A stretch of DNA of 64,000 nt, from the NCBI RefSeq assembly GCF_009914755.1, contig NC_060925.1. The stretch is one strand, 5' to 3'. Source of the stretch: the human T2T-CHM13v2.0 reference genome, Homo sapiens. Both the position numbers and the translations under genes were made by a program. This document shows, one piece after another, positions 15,419 to 31,025 of this stretch; the stretch's first letter is position 1, and every line of letters starts with the position of its first letter. Under the pieces are notes generated by a model. That model made no database searches, had not been told where the DNA came from, and saw only the letters and a program-made list of their open reading frames with translations.

Positions 15419-16279
15419 GCTGACAGGGGGAGGGCAGAGCCCTATGCACAAGAGAGGACTGACATGCTGGGACCAGGGCCCCAGCTTGGGGCTTCCTGGG
15501 CTCTAGATGGCCAGGAGAAGAGTTTCTCTTCTCAAAAGGCAGAAAAGGTGGGCACAGGAAGAACCTCACACTAGGTTAGAGGTTGAGATTCAAGTTGTCA
15601 GTGGGGTTCCTAGAGCTGAAGCCTTGTCTGTGCAAAAGTTCTTCCCTTCCCGCCACAGGGAGTCCACTGTGACAAACCCGGAGCAACAGCTCCAAGGCAG
15701 GGGGCAAAGGGGGCTTGGATCCTGGACCGAGGCCTGCTAGGAGGAGCACCATTCGGGAGGGTGGAGGCAGGCGCCTCCAGGCTGTGGTGGCAGCTGGAGA
15801 GAGAAGGCTGGGCCCGAGCTGAGGCTGTAGGATGAGCGTCTCTGGGGAGCTGCAGAGAAACAAAGGCCAAGTATATGGTCATGTCAGCATCAAAACCGCA
15901 GCCACCAGCCCCTTCCAACTCTACAGCCTCCCAAAAACTACACTCTCACCACGCCCCCACCCATGTATTCCGACCAGTCCCTACCTCAACTTCTCTCCTT
16001 AGCCCTCAAGGACTTTAGATTCTACTCTTCCCCCGTCCCAGCTCCTCTCGACCCAGGCCCTCCTCAACCAGCGCCTTCGAGACTTTCCTCTGCACCCCTA
16101 GGCTCTCCTCCATCTCCTGTGGTCTCCCGCTCGTCCCACTCCACCCCAGCCCGGCTTTGCGATTCACCTTGTAACCCCGAGCCCCACCCCACCTTCTCTG
16201 TCCAACCCGAGACATCTAAGCCTCCCGTCTCCAATTCCACACTCTTCCGCAATCCCAAGGACCCTACTCCCGTCCATTC

Positions 16280-17000
16280 TACCCAGCCATGCGCAAAAGC
16301 CCCCCGCACAGCCTTACCTCAGTTTACCTTCCCGTCCGCGGAGCTTCTATGCTGCAAACAATCTCCCCCCCTCCCTCCCCGCAACAAGCCGATCCAACCA
16401 AAAACGACCAGGCAGACCAGAAGCGGAAATACATCATCGGTGAACAACGCTCTCCCTCCCACGCTCTCTCTCAAGCCGGGCCTCCTCGGGAGGCCTCACA
16501 CTCCCCCGCCCTGCCTTCAGTTTCCGTACAAAATGGTGCCCCACGTTGCTCAGGCTAGCCGTAGGTTGCCTCCAGACCATACTCCACCAAGGCTGAATGA
16601 AAGAAAAACATGAGAATGTGGTGCTGAAGAAAATTAGGGCGCGGGACGGAAATCGAGAGTAACTGGTGAGAAGAGGAATACTAGATATAAAACGGAGATA
16701 ATAGCCTCAGAGTGAGTAGTGCCATCTTGCTTTACGGAGCTGCGGCGGCGGCTGCCGGAAAGCCACTTCCGGCCTGCTCCACGGAGGCGGGCGCGACGCC
16801 GAAAGTGAGCTGGTAAACTTCCGGCAGTGGCTCCGGGGGCAACTCGAGTCCGGACGCTGGCGGGCTTCGCGGGCGAAGGCAAAGTCGATTTCCAAAAGTG
16901 ACTTTCCTCACTCCCGTGAAGTCGGCGGAACCCTCCACTAACGGCGTCTGAGCGGACGGCTCCGATGTGTAAATCCCACTCCTCGAGGCCTCTGGACCTT
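16280..17000. promoter_or_regulatory. CpG-island bidirectional promoter of SH3BP5L / MIR3124; non-coding exon 1 with candidate donors at 16318 (GAG|GTAAGG) and 16328 (AAG|GTAAAC)
   Basis: CpG-rich. ETS/GABP motifs CCGGAA 16755-16760 and CACTTCCGG 16764-16772. YY1-like GCCATCTT 16721-16728. TATAAAA 16686-16692 on the + strand. Confidence 0.8.
16860..16926 (+). ncRNA. MIR3124: pre-miR-3124 hairpin (5p ~16866-16886, 3p ~16901-16922)
   Basis: GCGGGCTTCGCGGGCGAAGGCAAAGTC...GACTTTCCTCACTCCCGTGAAGTCGGC folds into a hairpin. It matches my recollection of hsa-mir-3124 upstream of SH3BP5L. Confidence 0.85.
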
Positions 17001-17352
17001 GCACCTTGAACGACGTTTTGGTGGGGTCACCAATTGCTCCGTGAATACTAACCAGGAACTTAGTCAACATTAACTCAGTTAATTCACTCGTGCACCCAGG
17101 GTCAGATGCCCTCGATGAGCAGGAGTTTGTTACATGGCATTGTGTATCGTTACCTAGGTCCCTGAGCGAGCGCCTGCTTGTCACCTCTAGGTGTCGCTTG
17201 GTGAGGGGAGGGCCTAGGCCTAAGGGGAAGGGCTTCATTCAGGGTTGGATGTTTTGTTTTTACAAAAGGCGTAACTTCCTCAGAGTCAACTCAAAACTTT
17301 GCCCTGCAGATGGAAAAGGCAAATGGGCTGAATTCCCCTCCTTTTTGGATCC

Positions 17353-18313
<961 letters not shown>

Positions 18314-19722
18314 GTCCATTTCTTCTATCCCTTCATCCCATGAATAACGATTTTTTTAAATTGAGCAGAGCAAAATATATTCCTTTAAAAGAGGTGATTG
18401 AAAACAGATTTTTCCATTAAATTGGAGGTTTTGTTTTTAAAATTACAAAAGTGATTTTTCTAATTTCAATAAGTCAGCAGGACCTTGAGTAACATTGTCT
18501 AAGTGGACAGCTTTGATGGATAATAATGCCTCAGTCTTCTACCACAGTCCTTTTTATTATTAAGGTGCCATACAAAAACCATAAAAATTAAATATAAGGT
18601 GATAAACATGATTTATTTGTTGTCTACCAGTCACTTTACTTTTGTAGAACTAGAATTTCACTGTAATAACCTCATTTTACCCAGGATGTTCTGTCTACCC
18701 TAGCCTGAATTATCTAACCTTTCTTATTCAGCACTGCTCCAATACCTGTCATTCTTATACCCCATCCCATAGCTCCTTTTCTCTGTGTAATGCTTAGCAA
18801 TCACAAACTGCTGCTACGTGTCACAGATCTTTGGTGGGAAAACATTATGAATACATATAATGGCCAGACCCCTAGATCACATCCTGAGATTTAGCAGCTC
18901 CTTTAAAGTCTCCACTGGCCTCTTCCAAGGTTAACTCTCACCCACTGAGACCACATGTGAATCTATCATGTATAGATTGTGATATAATCCCACAATAGTT
19001 TTTCTGCTGGGTTTGGATAATGTTTTGGGTAGGAAGAGATTGGGCGATGCTGTGCATTGATTTAACCTGAACTTGTTTATTGAAGCCAGCACAAACATGA
19101 TGAATTAAAACTTTTGTCTACAGCAGCACTGTCTGAAAGACCTTTCTGCAAAGAAGGAAATGTTAATCAGCTCTGCACAGTATGGTAGTCTGTAGACACA
19201 TGTGGCCATTTAGAACTTGAAATGGAGCTACTGTGATTAAGAAGTTGTATTTTTTATTTTAATTTAAATAGCTCTGTGTAGCTAGTTTCTCCTTTCCTGG
19301 ACAGCACGTTTTTAGAACCTGCCTTTTCTATATAATTTCTCCAGAATACATACTGAACTTTCACATCTTCAATACAAAACAAACAGCCTCTCAGTCTCCA
19401 CTATCATTTGTCTTTTCTCCACTTCCTCCCTTCCCATTCACCCCTACAGTCTGGCTCCGGATGCTGCCAATTCATAGGAATTACAAAGATAAGGTCATCC
19501 ATGCTCTCAATATTGCCACATCACTGACATCTGACACTGGGTTATTTCTCTCTTTTTTCTTATCATTTAGCTTCTGAGTCACCCTGGTACTGGGTTTCCT
19601 CTTCTCTGGCTTGTTGATTCATTCCTTTATGCAATATGTCTTTACGGAGTGCCTATTACGTGCCAGAATTTCAGGCAATGATGAGAAAAAGGACACTATC
19701 TCACTTCCCATGTAGGTGATAG

Positions 19723-20071
<349 letters not shown>

Positions 20072-20195
20072 GATGGTGCTCATTTTATAAACTGGTGAGA
20101 TTCAAACTAATTGGAAGACAACTCAGATATATGTTTTACCTTGCAACCCAGTATACATATATGTGTGTAAATATATTCATTAAAAAGGTACAGGA

Positions 20196-21467
20196 CCTCT
20201 CCCCTCTCCCCTCTCCCCTCTCCCCTCTCCCCTCTCCCCTCTCTCCTCTCCCCTCTCCCCTGCACGGTCTCCCTCTGATGCCGAGCTCTCCCTCTGATGC
20301 CGAGCCGAAGCTGGACTGTACTGCTGCCATCTCGGCTCACTGCAACCTCCCTGCCTGATTCTCTTGCCTCAGCCTGCCGAGTGCCTGCGATTGCAGGCGC
20401 GCGCCGCCACGCCTGACTGGTTTTCGTATTTTTTGGTGGAGACGGGGTTTCGCCGTGTTGGCCCGGCTGGTCTCCAGCTCCTGACCGCGAGTGATCCGCC
20501 AGCCTCGGCCTCCCGAGGTGCCGGGATTGCAGACGGAGTGTTGCTTACTCAGTGCTCAATGTTGCCCAGGCTGGAGTGCAGTGGCGTGATCTCGGCTGGC
20601 TACAACCTCCACCTCCCAGCCGCCTGCCTTGGCCTCCCAAAGTGCCAAGATTGCAGCCTCTGCCCGGCCGCCATCCCGTCTAGGAAGTGAGGAGCGTCTC
20701 TGCCCGGCCGCCCATCGTCTGGGATGTGGGGAGCGCCTCTGCCCCACCGCCCCGTCTGGGGTGTGAGGAGCATCTCTGACCGAATGCCCTGTCTGAGAAG
20801 TGAGGAGCCCCTCCGCCCGGCCGCCGCCCCGTCTGGGAAGTGAGGAGCCCCTCTGCCCAGCCGCCACCCCGTCTGGGAGGTGGGGGGCCCCTCTGCCCGG
20901 CAGCCGCCCCGTCTGGGAAGTGAGGAGCCCCTCTGCCCGGCCGCCACCCCATCTGGGAGGTGTACCCAACAGCTCATTGAGAACGGGCCATGATGACAAT
21001 GGCGGTTTTGTCGAATAGAAAAGGGGGAAATGTGGGGAAAAGAAAGATCAGATTGTTATTGTCTCTGTGTAGAAAGAAGTAGACATAGGAGACTCCATTT
21101 TGTTCTGTACTAGGAAAAATTCTTCTGCCTTGGGATGCTGTTAATCTTACCCCCAACCCCGTGCTCTCTGAAACATGTGCTGTGGCCACTAAGGGTTAAA
21201 TGGATTAAGGGCTGTGCAAGATGTGCTTTGTTAAACAGATGCTTGAAGGCAGCAGGCTCCTTAAGAGTCATCACCACTCCCTAATCTCAAGTACCCAGGG
21301 ACACAAACACTGCGGAAGGCGGCCCTCTGCCTAGGAAAACCAGAGACCTTTGTTCACATGTTTATCTGCTGACCTTCCCTCCACTATTGTCCTATGACGC
21401 TGCCAAATCCCCCTCTCTGAGAAACACCCAAGAATGATCAATAAATACTAAAAAAAAAAAAAAAAAA
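20196..21467 (+). mobile_element. Full-length SVA retrotransposon (older subfamily, short VNTR)
   Basis: CT-rich head, Alu-like segment, GC-rich VNTR (~20650-20960), SINE-R, AATAAA at 21440 and poly(A). TSD AAAAAGGTACAGGA at 20182-20195 and 21468-21481. Confidence 0.95.
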
Positions 21468-22817
21468 AAAAAGGTACAGGAAAAGATCTTTACCCAAATT
21501 ATATGTAAAGCACATTAATATTTTTATACTATTTTTAAATGCTGGTGGAGATCTCTTGTTGATTTCATTACCTATTCACAGTTTGAAAACCCTGTCCTAA
21601 ATGTTACTGTACCCCAGGCCCTGATGTTAGCTTCTGACCATCTCATGCTGCCTACTTTCCCTGAGTGTCCTTACCCTAGTGCATGGCTGTAGTCCTTACC
21701 CATGGCTACTGTTCCTTCCTTAGAGCTCTGTCTTCACAGACTTTCCACAGATCACATTCTGAGATCCTTCAGCCTTTGAGATACCGCTGGCCTGTCCCAG
21801 AGTTGCCCCTCTCTCATGGATCCAAATCTGATTTCATCCCCTTTGCCAAATCCTGCTCTTCTGACATTCAATGCTGGTAAGCGGTTCTACAGTCCACCTC
21901 TTTACCCTACGGAAAAACCTAGAAGGCACCCCCCACATTGCTTTTCATCACACTAAGTATCTCAGAGAGATGCCTTCTGTTCATCTCATTGCCATAGCTT
22001 CAGCTTAGACTCTCCTCATTTCCATCATAGATCACATACCTCAGAAGTCTTCTAAATCAGCGCTTAAAGTAGCACTTAAGCAATGATGGAAGTTACTATA
22101 TTTGCACTGTCCAATATGGTAGCTACTAGTCATGTGTAGCTCTTGAGCAGGTTTAAATAGCCACATATGGATCCTGCCACAAGGATCCCTCCTAGTTCCT
22201 GGCACTAATAAACAACCAACCAATCCCTATAGACTGACTTTATGAGTGAAATGTAAAAATATGAAAGCCATATAAAGATGTTAGCAACACTGTCAATTAC
22301 TATGTAATATCACAAATCAACTTTACTTCTTAGTTAAATAATTTTTTCATAAATTTTTACTTGTAACTTTTATTTCTAATTTTCTCACATAAGTACCCTA
22401 AATTGCCTCCATCATTAAAAATTACCTTTTTTAGGTTTTTTTTGTCTACCAACATAAGCTACCTTTTTATAGTTCTTAACTTTTTTCTACTATCAGTTAT
22501 ATATTTAATAAATACCACCATTAATTGCTGATTAAACATATTAGTTGACAAATATATAGTAATAGAAAGCAGATCAGTGGTTGCCTGGTGGGGAGGTGGT
22601 AGAGATTACAAAGTGGCATGAAGCAGCTTGTGGGTAGTGGATATGTTCTCCATCTTGATTGTAGTGAGGCTTTCATGCGGGTATATATATGTCAGAGCTT
22701 TTCAAACTGTACATTTCAGTGTGTAATTTGTGTATCAATTATACCTCCCTAAAACTTTTTTAAAAATCCAGTTGAAAACTTGCTCCCAGAAATATATAAT
22801 GTAAAATCTACTAATAA

Positions 22818-23255
<438 letters not shown>

Positions 23256-23622
23256 TGATAAAAACAGCAAACACTTATGCAGTGTATGCCTTGCACCTGG
23301 CACTGTTCTGGTTTATTCATTTGATCCTCACAAAAACCAACTACAGTAAATTGTACCTTCATTTTACAGTTGAAGAAATTGACAGACAAGGAGATTAAAT
23401 AACTTGTCCAAGGTCATACTGCTGCTAAGTGGTGGAACCAGTCTTTAAACACAGACAAAAGTATTTAAGATTTTTAAAAATAATTTATAGCAACACATCA
23501 TATATTAAATGTATCTACTTACATTTTAAATGCTCTAATTTGTGAAAATAACCAAAATCAAAATGCTTTCTAAAGATCCGACAGGTTTGCATGTGATACC
23601 ATTATTATTTATACTACTGTTC

Positions 23623-23933
<311 letters not shown>

Positions 23934-26108
23934 CCTATACTACTGTTCTTAACCTTTAAAGTGGTTTCAATTATAAAAACTGATTCTATCCTACCTTGCA
24001 TTTTACTTTGAAACTGATTTTCCCCCTGAAAGTTCTGCTTTATGATTTTAAGCTCATTTTCTGTGTTTTGTTTTGTGAACCACTGAGCCTAGATGTGAAT
24101 TTTGAACATAATTTCCATATAACATAACTCAAAAAATTGTGGTTAAGGACTAGGAAGCAATTTGTATTTTAAAGGAAGTTGATCTTCAGATATCCTCTAA
24201 ACAAATATTCTACTTTTGTGCTATTCCAATTTTATCTACTTTACTATAGCTCTTCACAATTAGTTTACCTGTACAAATGTAAAAATAATTAAAGTAGCAT
24301 TCTCTCCGATGGAATCGTGTTTGAGCCCTTGAAGTTGACCACAGACTGTAAGCAGCACAAACTCCAATAATTTTCTATTAAGATTACTGTTTAAAAGACA
24401 TTAAATCCTCTGTGTCAAGCCATTAAGATTAATATGTGTGTTATTGATTCAATTTATGTTTTTGCTTATCTTCTTGTTTCCTGAAATCCATTTTGATATG
24501 GCTTTACAATATGTTTGCAACTTGCAATTAATACAAACCCTTATTCCTTAAACACTAAATAAAATCTTCATTTCAGGATTTAGTCAGCCAGTCTTTCCAG
24601 TTCTTATTATTCTAAATTGTTAGATTTCACTTTTCTGTACTTGGTTCTTTCCTGTATTTGAAAACTGTGTCAGTTGACATCTGTGGAATTATTCGGGGAA
24701 GAACTGGAAGCTACCATGCTCTAGAAGCCAATATTTTTATTGTAACTGAAATTAGAATGTTTGAAGAATGGCAAACATTGTATTTAGCAATACAGGAATA
24801 AGATTCATGAAATTGAAACAGTCTTCTCAGTCCTTATACCCCCAGTAACACAGTAAGCCTTCAGCATCTGATTTTTGGCATTGTGAATATCCACTGGGCT
24901 CACATTTCAGACAGGGATTTGAAATAGTGGTCTATACCTTAGCCCTACTTACTTGCCTTTCAGTTGCCCCCAACAGCAACGTAAGCCATGTACTATGTGC
25001 CTGCTCTGCATGCCTATAACTTTTACTTCCCTTCCTTTCTGTCTCACTTCATAAACCACTGACAGTGCCCTCTAGCCAAACATAACCACCTTGATGCTGT
25101 TTGACTTACTTCAGCATTGGACATTGTCCACCACTTCCTCACATGGGAATCTAAAACCTGACCGTGTCCTGACCTTCTTCCTCCCCAAAGCCTTTACTGG
25201 CTTCCCCTTCTGCAGCTGCTTCCTTTTGGAGGCTGGTGCTCTAGGTATGGTGCCTTCAGCCCCTACTAATCCACCTATAGCCTCTTAGAAATGTCATCCA
25301 CGCCCACGGCTTCGCGTATTCGCCTCTAACTTCCTAGTCTTTACAAATCCTGATACACCATGGCTCCTCCTCTTCTCACTGAGGGAGGCCTACACCCTTG
25401 GGTATGGGATAGACTCTATACTGTAAAGGAACATAATTTATTCATCTCTATATTTCTATTACCCAGCCAGGTGCAGACTCAGTGGGTCCTCAATAAAAGC
25501 TTCTGAAAAGGAGGAATTCCTTGATTTAGCCCAAAACTTATTTGCATTTCCTCTTCCAATACCTTCACCCACTCTACCTTCTTGAATTCCTGTCCCACCC
25601 CACTCAGCATCTTCCACAGGATTCTGAGCCTCCTCCACTCACTCAGTCTGGATTGAGTGCATGCTCACTCCCTTCCTGTTCATCTAATCCCTCTGCCTGA
25701 CCCAGTCCCATCACTTATATTGCAGAAATCTGCCACTGGGGGTGTGTGGTGGGAGGTGAAAATCATTGTCACCTCCATCCACAGATCCCTATACAAAATC
25801 TTGGCTACATGCTGAGCCAATGAAGTTTACTGATGACCTATTGCAGAATTACCCTATTCTTCCTGTTGTACCTTTATACCACTTTGTACTTTGCACATGA
25901 TGGGATGGCAAGGTCTGTGGGCGGGGGGAGCGGTTGCCATCCCTCAGCATGTCCTCAAAGGACTCAGTCTCCATTTTGTCTCCGATACTCAGCCCATTTC
26001 TTTGCACATAGCAGGTGTTCAGAAATGTGCATCCAGCCTCTGACTCTGCCCTCAAGCTTATAATTTAGTAGGAGAAATAAAGTATGCACATTATTCTAAA
26101 GTACATGG

Positions 26109-26388
26109 TGGCCAGGCATGTTGGCTCTTGCCTGTAATCCTAGCACTTTTGGAGGCCGAACACAGCAGATCACTTGAGGCCAGGAGTTCAAGACCAGCCT
26201 GAGCAACATGGTGAAACCCCATGTGTACTAAAATTACAAAAATTAGCCAGGCATGTTGGTGCGTGCCTGTAGTCCCAGCTCTTTGGGATGCTGACACACA
26301 AGAATCACTTGAACCTGGGAAGCGGCTTCAGTGGGCCGAGATCATGCCACTGCACTCCAGCCTGCGTGACAGAGCAACACTCTATCTT
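26109..26388 (+). mobile_element. Alu
   Basis: Dimeric Alu with TSD AAGTACATGGT; tail lost. Confidence 0.88.
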
Positions 26389-28379
26389 GAAGTACATGGT
26401 AAAGGATGTAAATAACAGAGTAAGTGTCTTATGCATCTTGTGGCTTGCAAAGATAATAAATACTTAGGGAATTTCTGGGTGAACAATACTAGTGGTCTTC
26501 AGAAAGAAGATAGTTTTCACTTTGAGAGTGGGTTGGTGTTTGAACAGAAGTCTGAAGGATAAGTAGGACTTTGGTAGACAAGAAAAAGTGAAGGAACAGG
26601 AGAAGTGTATGCCAAGCTGAGAGAAACGTAGAAGGTAGGTGGGGAGTGATCCAGTTTAATGGAGAGTTTAAGAGAACAGACTGGAAAGACAGGTTGGAAT
26701 AGGTGAAAGAGGGTCTTGAATATTACACCAGAAGAGTAAACTTCATTTGGTGATTGTACAGACTTTTTTGACTATTACTGAGCAGGAATGTGATACAATC
26801 AGAACTTTGGGGAGATTCATCTGGTAGGTTCACAGCTGTTATCTCCAACGTCTAGAATACTACCTGGCATATAGTAGACCTTCCATAAACATTTTGAGTA
26901 TTTACAGAACCACATTAAGAGTTGTCATTTATTGATGTAGATGTGTAGAGAAATAAAACCATTTGGATGTGATATTTTTAATTGACAAATATACACATAA
27001 CTTCATCCTTGAACTTTCTTTCACTACCCTCCATCTTCCTGTTACAATTATCATCCCCCACTGTGATGACTTCCATAACATAGGAAACCTAAATCCAGCT
27101 TCCTGTTCTTTCCCCCCATTGTTTGAGTTTTTCCCTCCAAAGCTACACAGAAGAAAGTCATCTAATCCAGTCCTCTTTCACATGAAAGTTTGTTAGAATT
27201 TGTGTACAGTCATTATGTGCACAAAAAATGTTTCTCTTTCTAGGTTAAATATCCCCAGCCCCTTTAATTATGTGACCACCCTAGTCACCATCCTCTTCAT
27301 GTCTCTGGGATTAGCCAAGTGTGTCAGTGTCCTTAAAAACATGACATCAGTACTGAGCAATGAGTCCAGAAATGTCTAAATTAGTACATTTCTCTGGCTT
27401 AAAGACTCTGGAAATATCCTCAACTAATCATTCTCTATATAATACTACCTTATCTGTGTATGATTCTTTACAATAAAAATATATATACTTCAAGCGCATT
27501 TTCCATGTCTCTCTCAATGTTATCCCTTCCTGGTTCAGGCCCTGATCACTCCAGACCTGCATCCTGTGTCTTGCTTTTCAGCTTTCTTGCCTGCTGCTAC
27601 CAGATTTGTCTTCCTTAATCCGTGTTGTCATATGCGGGTCAGCAAACACTCATTGATCATCTGTGGCGTGCTGGCCCTCTGCTCATGCTTCAAGGGATCA
27701 ATTGTTCATGAGTAGGACAAGGCCTGTCCCTTAAGCTATGGGGGAACAGTATTCATCTGACTATAACAACAGTATCAACATGCGGGAGGTTGCGCTGCAG
27801 CATAGATATGTCCCCAGGACTGAGGACAGAGAGGGGCATTCTAGCATAGGTTTATGGAGATGGCATTTGACTAAGGTTTTACAAATTAAAACAGAGAAGA
27901 GGGTAAGAGTTTTCCAGGCCAAGCATGGCAGGTCGAAGTACACTAATTAGGGGACCCCCTGAGCAGAGCTCAGAAGAGTGGTACTAAGTGACCTCCAAAG
28001 GAAGATTACAGCAGTAAAGGACCTTGAGGGCCATCCCTGGGCGTCTGTTCTGATGATATAGGCACACTAAAGGATGGCCAGGTTCCCAAAATGCATTTCC
28101 GGAAAGGAATACTAGTAGCATTTCCTAGTAGAAGACATTAGGGTCAACATTTGGACAGGCAGTTCAACCAGGAAGCTCATGGAGAGGCAGCTGGCAAGCC
28201 GACCAGGAGTAACCCCTATCCCTGGCATTGCGACTTTGGGCGTATCATTAACTTGTGGGGTCCTTACCTAAAATACAGGATAAATGCTCATATTTCCCCT
28301 GGCAGGGTTGTGGTGAGGGTTGAGAGATAATAGCTATCCAGTCTGGCCTCACTTAATAAGAAGGCGCTAACTTAACTAC

Positions 28380-29600
28380 GGGGATGGCTGCCGCGGCCCC
28401 GTCCGCGCCGGGCACCGGCTACCGCGCCGGAAGCACCGAAGGGTACACCTGTCTGTGTCCCGCCAGCGGCCGCGGGAAGAGCTGCTGGAAGACTAGACGG
28501 TGGACCGCCTAGCTCCCGGGACTCCGCGGCTGGGGGCTGAGGCGCGCGCAGGGATCGGCGCCCTTTCCTCTGATTGGGCGGGACGAGGCCCAGGGGTGGG
28601 CCAACAGACAAAGCGGGAGGCAGGAATTGGTTAAGCCAGAAGAGAGGGCGGGGCCTTGGCCCGCGCGGGAGGCGGGAGTGGAGTCCCCCCGCAGGCTTTC
28701 TCTTTTAGCCCCGCCTGCTTCCCGGCTCCAGCTGGGGCCGGAGAGGCTGAGTGGTTGGTACGCTGCTCGCTGGCCTCCCAGTCTTCCCAGCAACCGGTGA
28801 CACTGCCCGCGCCAGACTGACCACTAGCCGACGCGGGCGAGAGGGACAGGAGCGTGACCTCCCCATCCCGAGGGGCCGGACGCTCGGGCGCCTCCCCGCT
28901 CCCCCCACTCGGAGGCCGCGCGCGCCGTTAGCCCCTTCCTCGCTCCCCCGCCCCAGTCCCGCAGTCCGGGAGGCGGGGGTCGGCAGCCGGCTGAGTGGGA
29001 ACCGCGCGGTGTCTGAGGAGGCAGTCGGCGACCGGTGAGGGGACTGAAGGGCAGGGGAGGGCAAGGGTGGCTCGGGGCAGCAGTCCTCAGCTGTGGCTAG
29101 TCTTCTCCCATCTGCCTCGGGCGACTGGTGTCTGCGGCGGTCGGGAGCGCCGCCCGGGCTGCGAGTGACGCGGGGATACTGCGGGGCGAGCGATTGGCCG
29201 GACACGTCCGCGCGGCCTGCTCCTCCCAGGCCTTCCCCTCCGCCTGTCCTCGCTGGTCCGCCTCGGGTGACCTTTTCGGGGCTGGCGTCACCACGACAAA
29301 CGTCGCCAGGCTGAGCCGACTTAAGGGGGCAACGGCCGCCACCGGGTTCTGGCAGCGTTAAACGTTCCCCACTACGTTTTTGGTGCCCGGTCTCGCCCTC
29401 CAAGTCGGCTGGCGCCACGGGCAAGGGGCTAGGGTAGGCTCGGGGTTGGGAAGGGGCTCGCTCAAAGAAAGTTTGCCCAGCAACTTGTGACGCGCGCCGA
29501 CTGAGGCGCCCCAGGATTGGCTGCGCTGCTGTGGGCCACGGAAAGCGACCTGTTCAGGTGCCGTGTTCCGCATTCGGCGAATAGTTGTGCTTCGCTCTTA
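28380..29600 (+). promoter_or_regulatory. ZNF672: CpG-island promoter and non-coding exon 1 (~28700-29034) of ZNF672
   Basis: CpG-rich. Inverted CCAAT boxes at 28573 and 28626, GC boxes at 28576 and 28646, ETS CCGGAAG at 28427, donor CCG|GTGAGG at 29034/29035. Confidence 0.8.
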
Positions 29601-29805
29601 AGTACCAGGCACCAAGTCCCCAGATGAGTAGCCAGCTTCCCTTCTTTCATCTTGGAGCCCACAGTTCGCGCAAGTGGAGCTATGGAAGGCCCATGCTGTG
29701 CTGTTCTAATCATGTGAGGGATTCTTAGGGGTTGAGGGGGAAGGACTGAAAACGGCTGCAGACCGTTTAGGATGCCTGGAGTGGAGACAGGAGTTAAGCC
29801 CCTTA

Positions 29806-30874
<1,069 letters not shown>

Positions 30875-31025
30875 AACTTTCTTTACTAAAGTTTTCCCAT
30901 CCAGGAGGATCAGACATTCCAAGTCTACTGTCTAAGATCAGACAGCTAGTAATGGGAGGAACCAGAATTTGGATGCCTCTCTGGTTCTGCTACACAGGTT
31001 GCAGGCTCAACTAGTAAACCAAAGC

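Noticed and set aside
28705-29424. 239-aa antisense ORF in the ZNF672 CpG island, and similar ORFs at 16-17 kb and 49-50 kb
   Set aside because: Stop codons are depleted in CpG islands, and no recognisable protein features are present.
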